From positions 74,974,181 to 75,011,838 of the forward strand of contig NC_068983.1 of the NCBI RefSeq assembly GCF_001194135.2: DNA of 37,658 nucleotides, written 5' to 3'. Origin of the DNA: Octopus bimaculoides. Lineage: Eukaryota. Shown in pieces: positions 36,371 to 37,658 of this stretch. The notes beneath the pieces were generated by a model that ran no database searches, was not told where the DNA came from, and saw nothing but the letters and a program-made list of their open reading frames with translations. The first letter of the stretch is position 1. Each line of letters starts with the position of its first letter. A program made the translations under genes and the position numbers.

Positions 36371-36621
36371 NNNNNNNNNNCACACATTAGATCTGTCTTT
36401 GTCTTTTACAGTCTCTCTCTCTCTCTCTCGCTCTCTCTTTCTATTTCTTTCTTTCTCTCGCCCTCTCTCTAACTCTGTCTCTTTTCCCCACGCCCTCTTT
36501 CACTATCTCTCTCTTTCTCTCTCTCCTCTATCTATTTATCTATTTATCCTATCTGTTTATCGCTCACTTTCTGTTTATCTCTCTCTGTCTATGTATTTAT
36601 TTATCTATCTATCTATCTATC

Positions 36622-37332
36622 TGCGCAAGAGACAAGTCACCGGGCTTGGATGGTCTGCCCTACGAGTTTTATTGACATATGCCAGACTTCTTTGGAGATG
36701 GCTTGGCAATAGTCTACTGCAACTGGCAGCAAAATGGAAATATCTCCAGTTTTGTGATCCAAAGAACGGTGACTCTGCTAAAGAAAGACCCAAACAAGAG
36801 GAACGTCATAGATTATTTCCAGCCCATCGCTCTGCTCAACGCTGATTTGAGAATTCTAGCCAAGGTGCAAGCCGAGAGGTTAGCGCTTGTCATCGAGAAA
36901 CTAGTCGACAAGGTGCAAACATGCGCCGTGCCGGACAGAAGTATGCACGACAACCTCCATCGATACTTAGAGGCTGCCCTTAGGGCGGCTGGTTTCAGTC
37001 CAGTCTTCCGCGGTTGGATCGCTGCTTTATACATCGGCATCTGCTCGGTAGTTCAGGTAAATGGTCATCTATCTAGGCAGCTTAACATCACGCGTTCAGT
37101 CCATCATGGATGTCCCCTCTCGTCACTTCAGTATGTATTGACTCTAGGGCCACTACTACGGAAGCTGGCGACGCTGAGGGGGCATCCTGCGAGAATGGGA
37201 TGCGGGAGGAGCGTGTCTACATTCGTGGACGATGTCACCGTCATAGTATCAAGCCACAAGCATAATGACCTAGTCAGCGAGACACTAAAAGAATACATAT
37301 TGGTAACGGGAGCAAAAATTAATCCGGAAAAG
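36622..37332 (+). mobile_element. L1/Tx1-clade LINE reverse transcriptase fragment (pseudogene)
   Basis: KSPGLDGLPYEFY*, FQPIALLNADLRILAKV..RL, QTCAVPDRSMHDNLH, RSVHHGCPLSSLQYVL, TFVDDVTV, TGAKINPEK. The segment carrying the DxxKAFD motif is absent. Confidence 0.85.
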
Positions 37333-37658
37333 TATCCGGAGTGGTCCTGCTAATTCTTGTTTACACGACTTTAAGAGGACAGCTGGGAAACCATCGGGGC
37401 CAGTTGCCGAATTTGAGCTCATTATATTTATGGCGGCTATCACATCTTCCTCTTCAATGTCGATGTAGGTAATGGATGCAGTCTTTTTCTGCTGAGTGCT
37501 ATTGTCAAAGAAATCAGCTGGGTTCTTTATCTGTACGTGACTCAGAGGAGAAGTGAAGACACTCTTGAATTGTGTACTGAGCACTTCACTTATCCATGTG
37601 GGATCTGCAGTCAGTGAGCCATTAGGCAGGGATAGGGGTCCTATCTTATACTGTACCG
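37333..37658 (-). mobile_element. CR1/Jockey/L2-type LINE ORF2 fragment just upstream of the RT core
   Basis: Minus strand reads KIGPLSLPNGSLT...QFKSVFTSP...IDIEEEDVIAAINIMSSNSATGPDGFPAVLLKSCKQELAGPL (xGPDG motif preceding RT). Confidence 0.8.

Overview
Eukaryotic, AT-rich, microsatellite-dense genomic DNA with 12 N-gaps (about 4.6 kb of N). The SINE families, microsatellite load and gap pattern point to an octopus/cephalopod short-read scaffold (inference). The window is the interior of one + strand gene for a Cys-loop nicotinic acetylcholine receptor alpha subunit (alpha9/alpha10-like by resemblance). Four GT-AG exons (383-427, 16250-16359, 23630-23891, 25871-26144) splice in frame into 230 codons, running from loop D through loops A, B and C (vicinal Cys-Cys) to M1, M2 and the M2-M3 linker. 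The N-terminal exons and the M3/M4 exons are not visible. The introns hold tRNA-derived SINEs of about four families, three Penelope-like coding relics, a DD37D Tc1/mariner relic, an RLE/Hero-like LINE relic, and, at the right end, converging L1/Tx1-like and CR1/Jockey-like RT fragments. The most unusual signals are a perfect 81-bp-arm hairpin that is a fold-back copy of the 5' end of a truncated Penelope insertion, and minimal hammerhead-ribozyme-like motifs with non-canonical cores in Penelope-type terminal repeats. I see no prokaryotic-type system or CRISPR array. Nearly all listed ORFs are microsatellite or gap artefacts. All family assignments are from motif recognition, not database searches.
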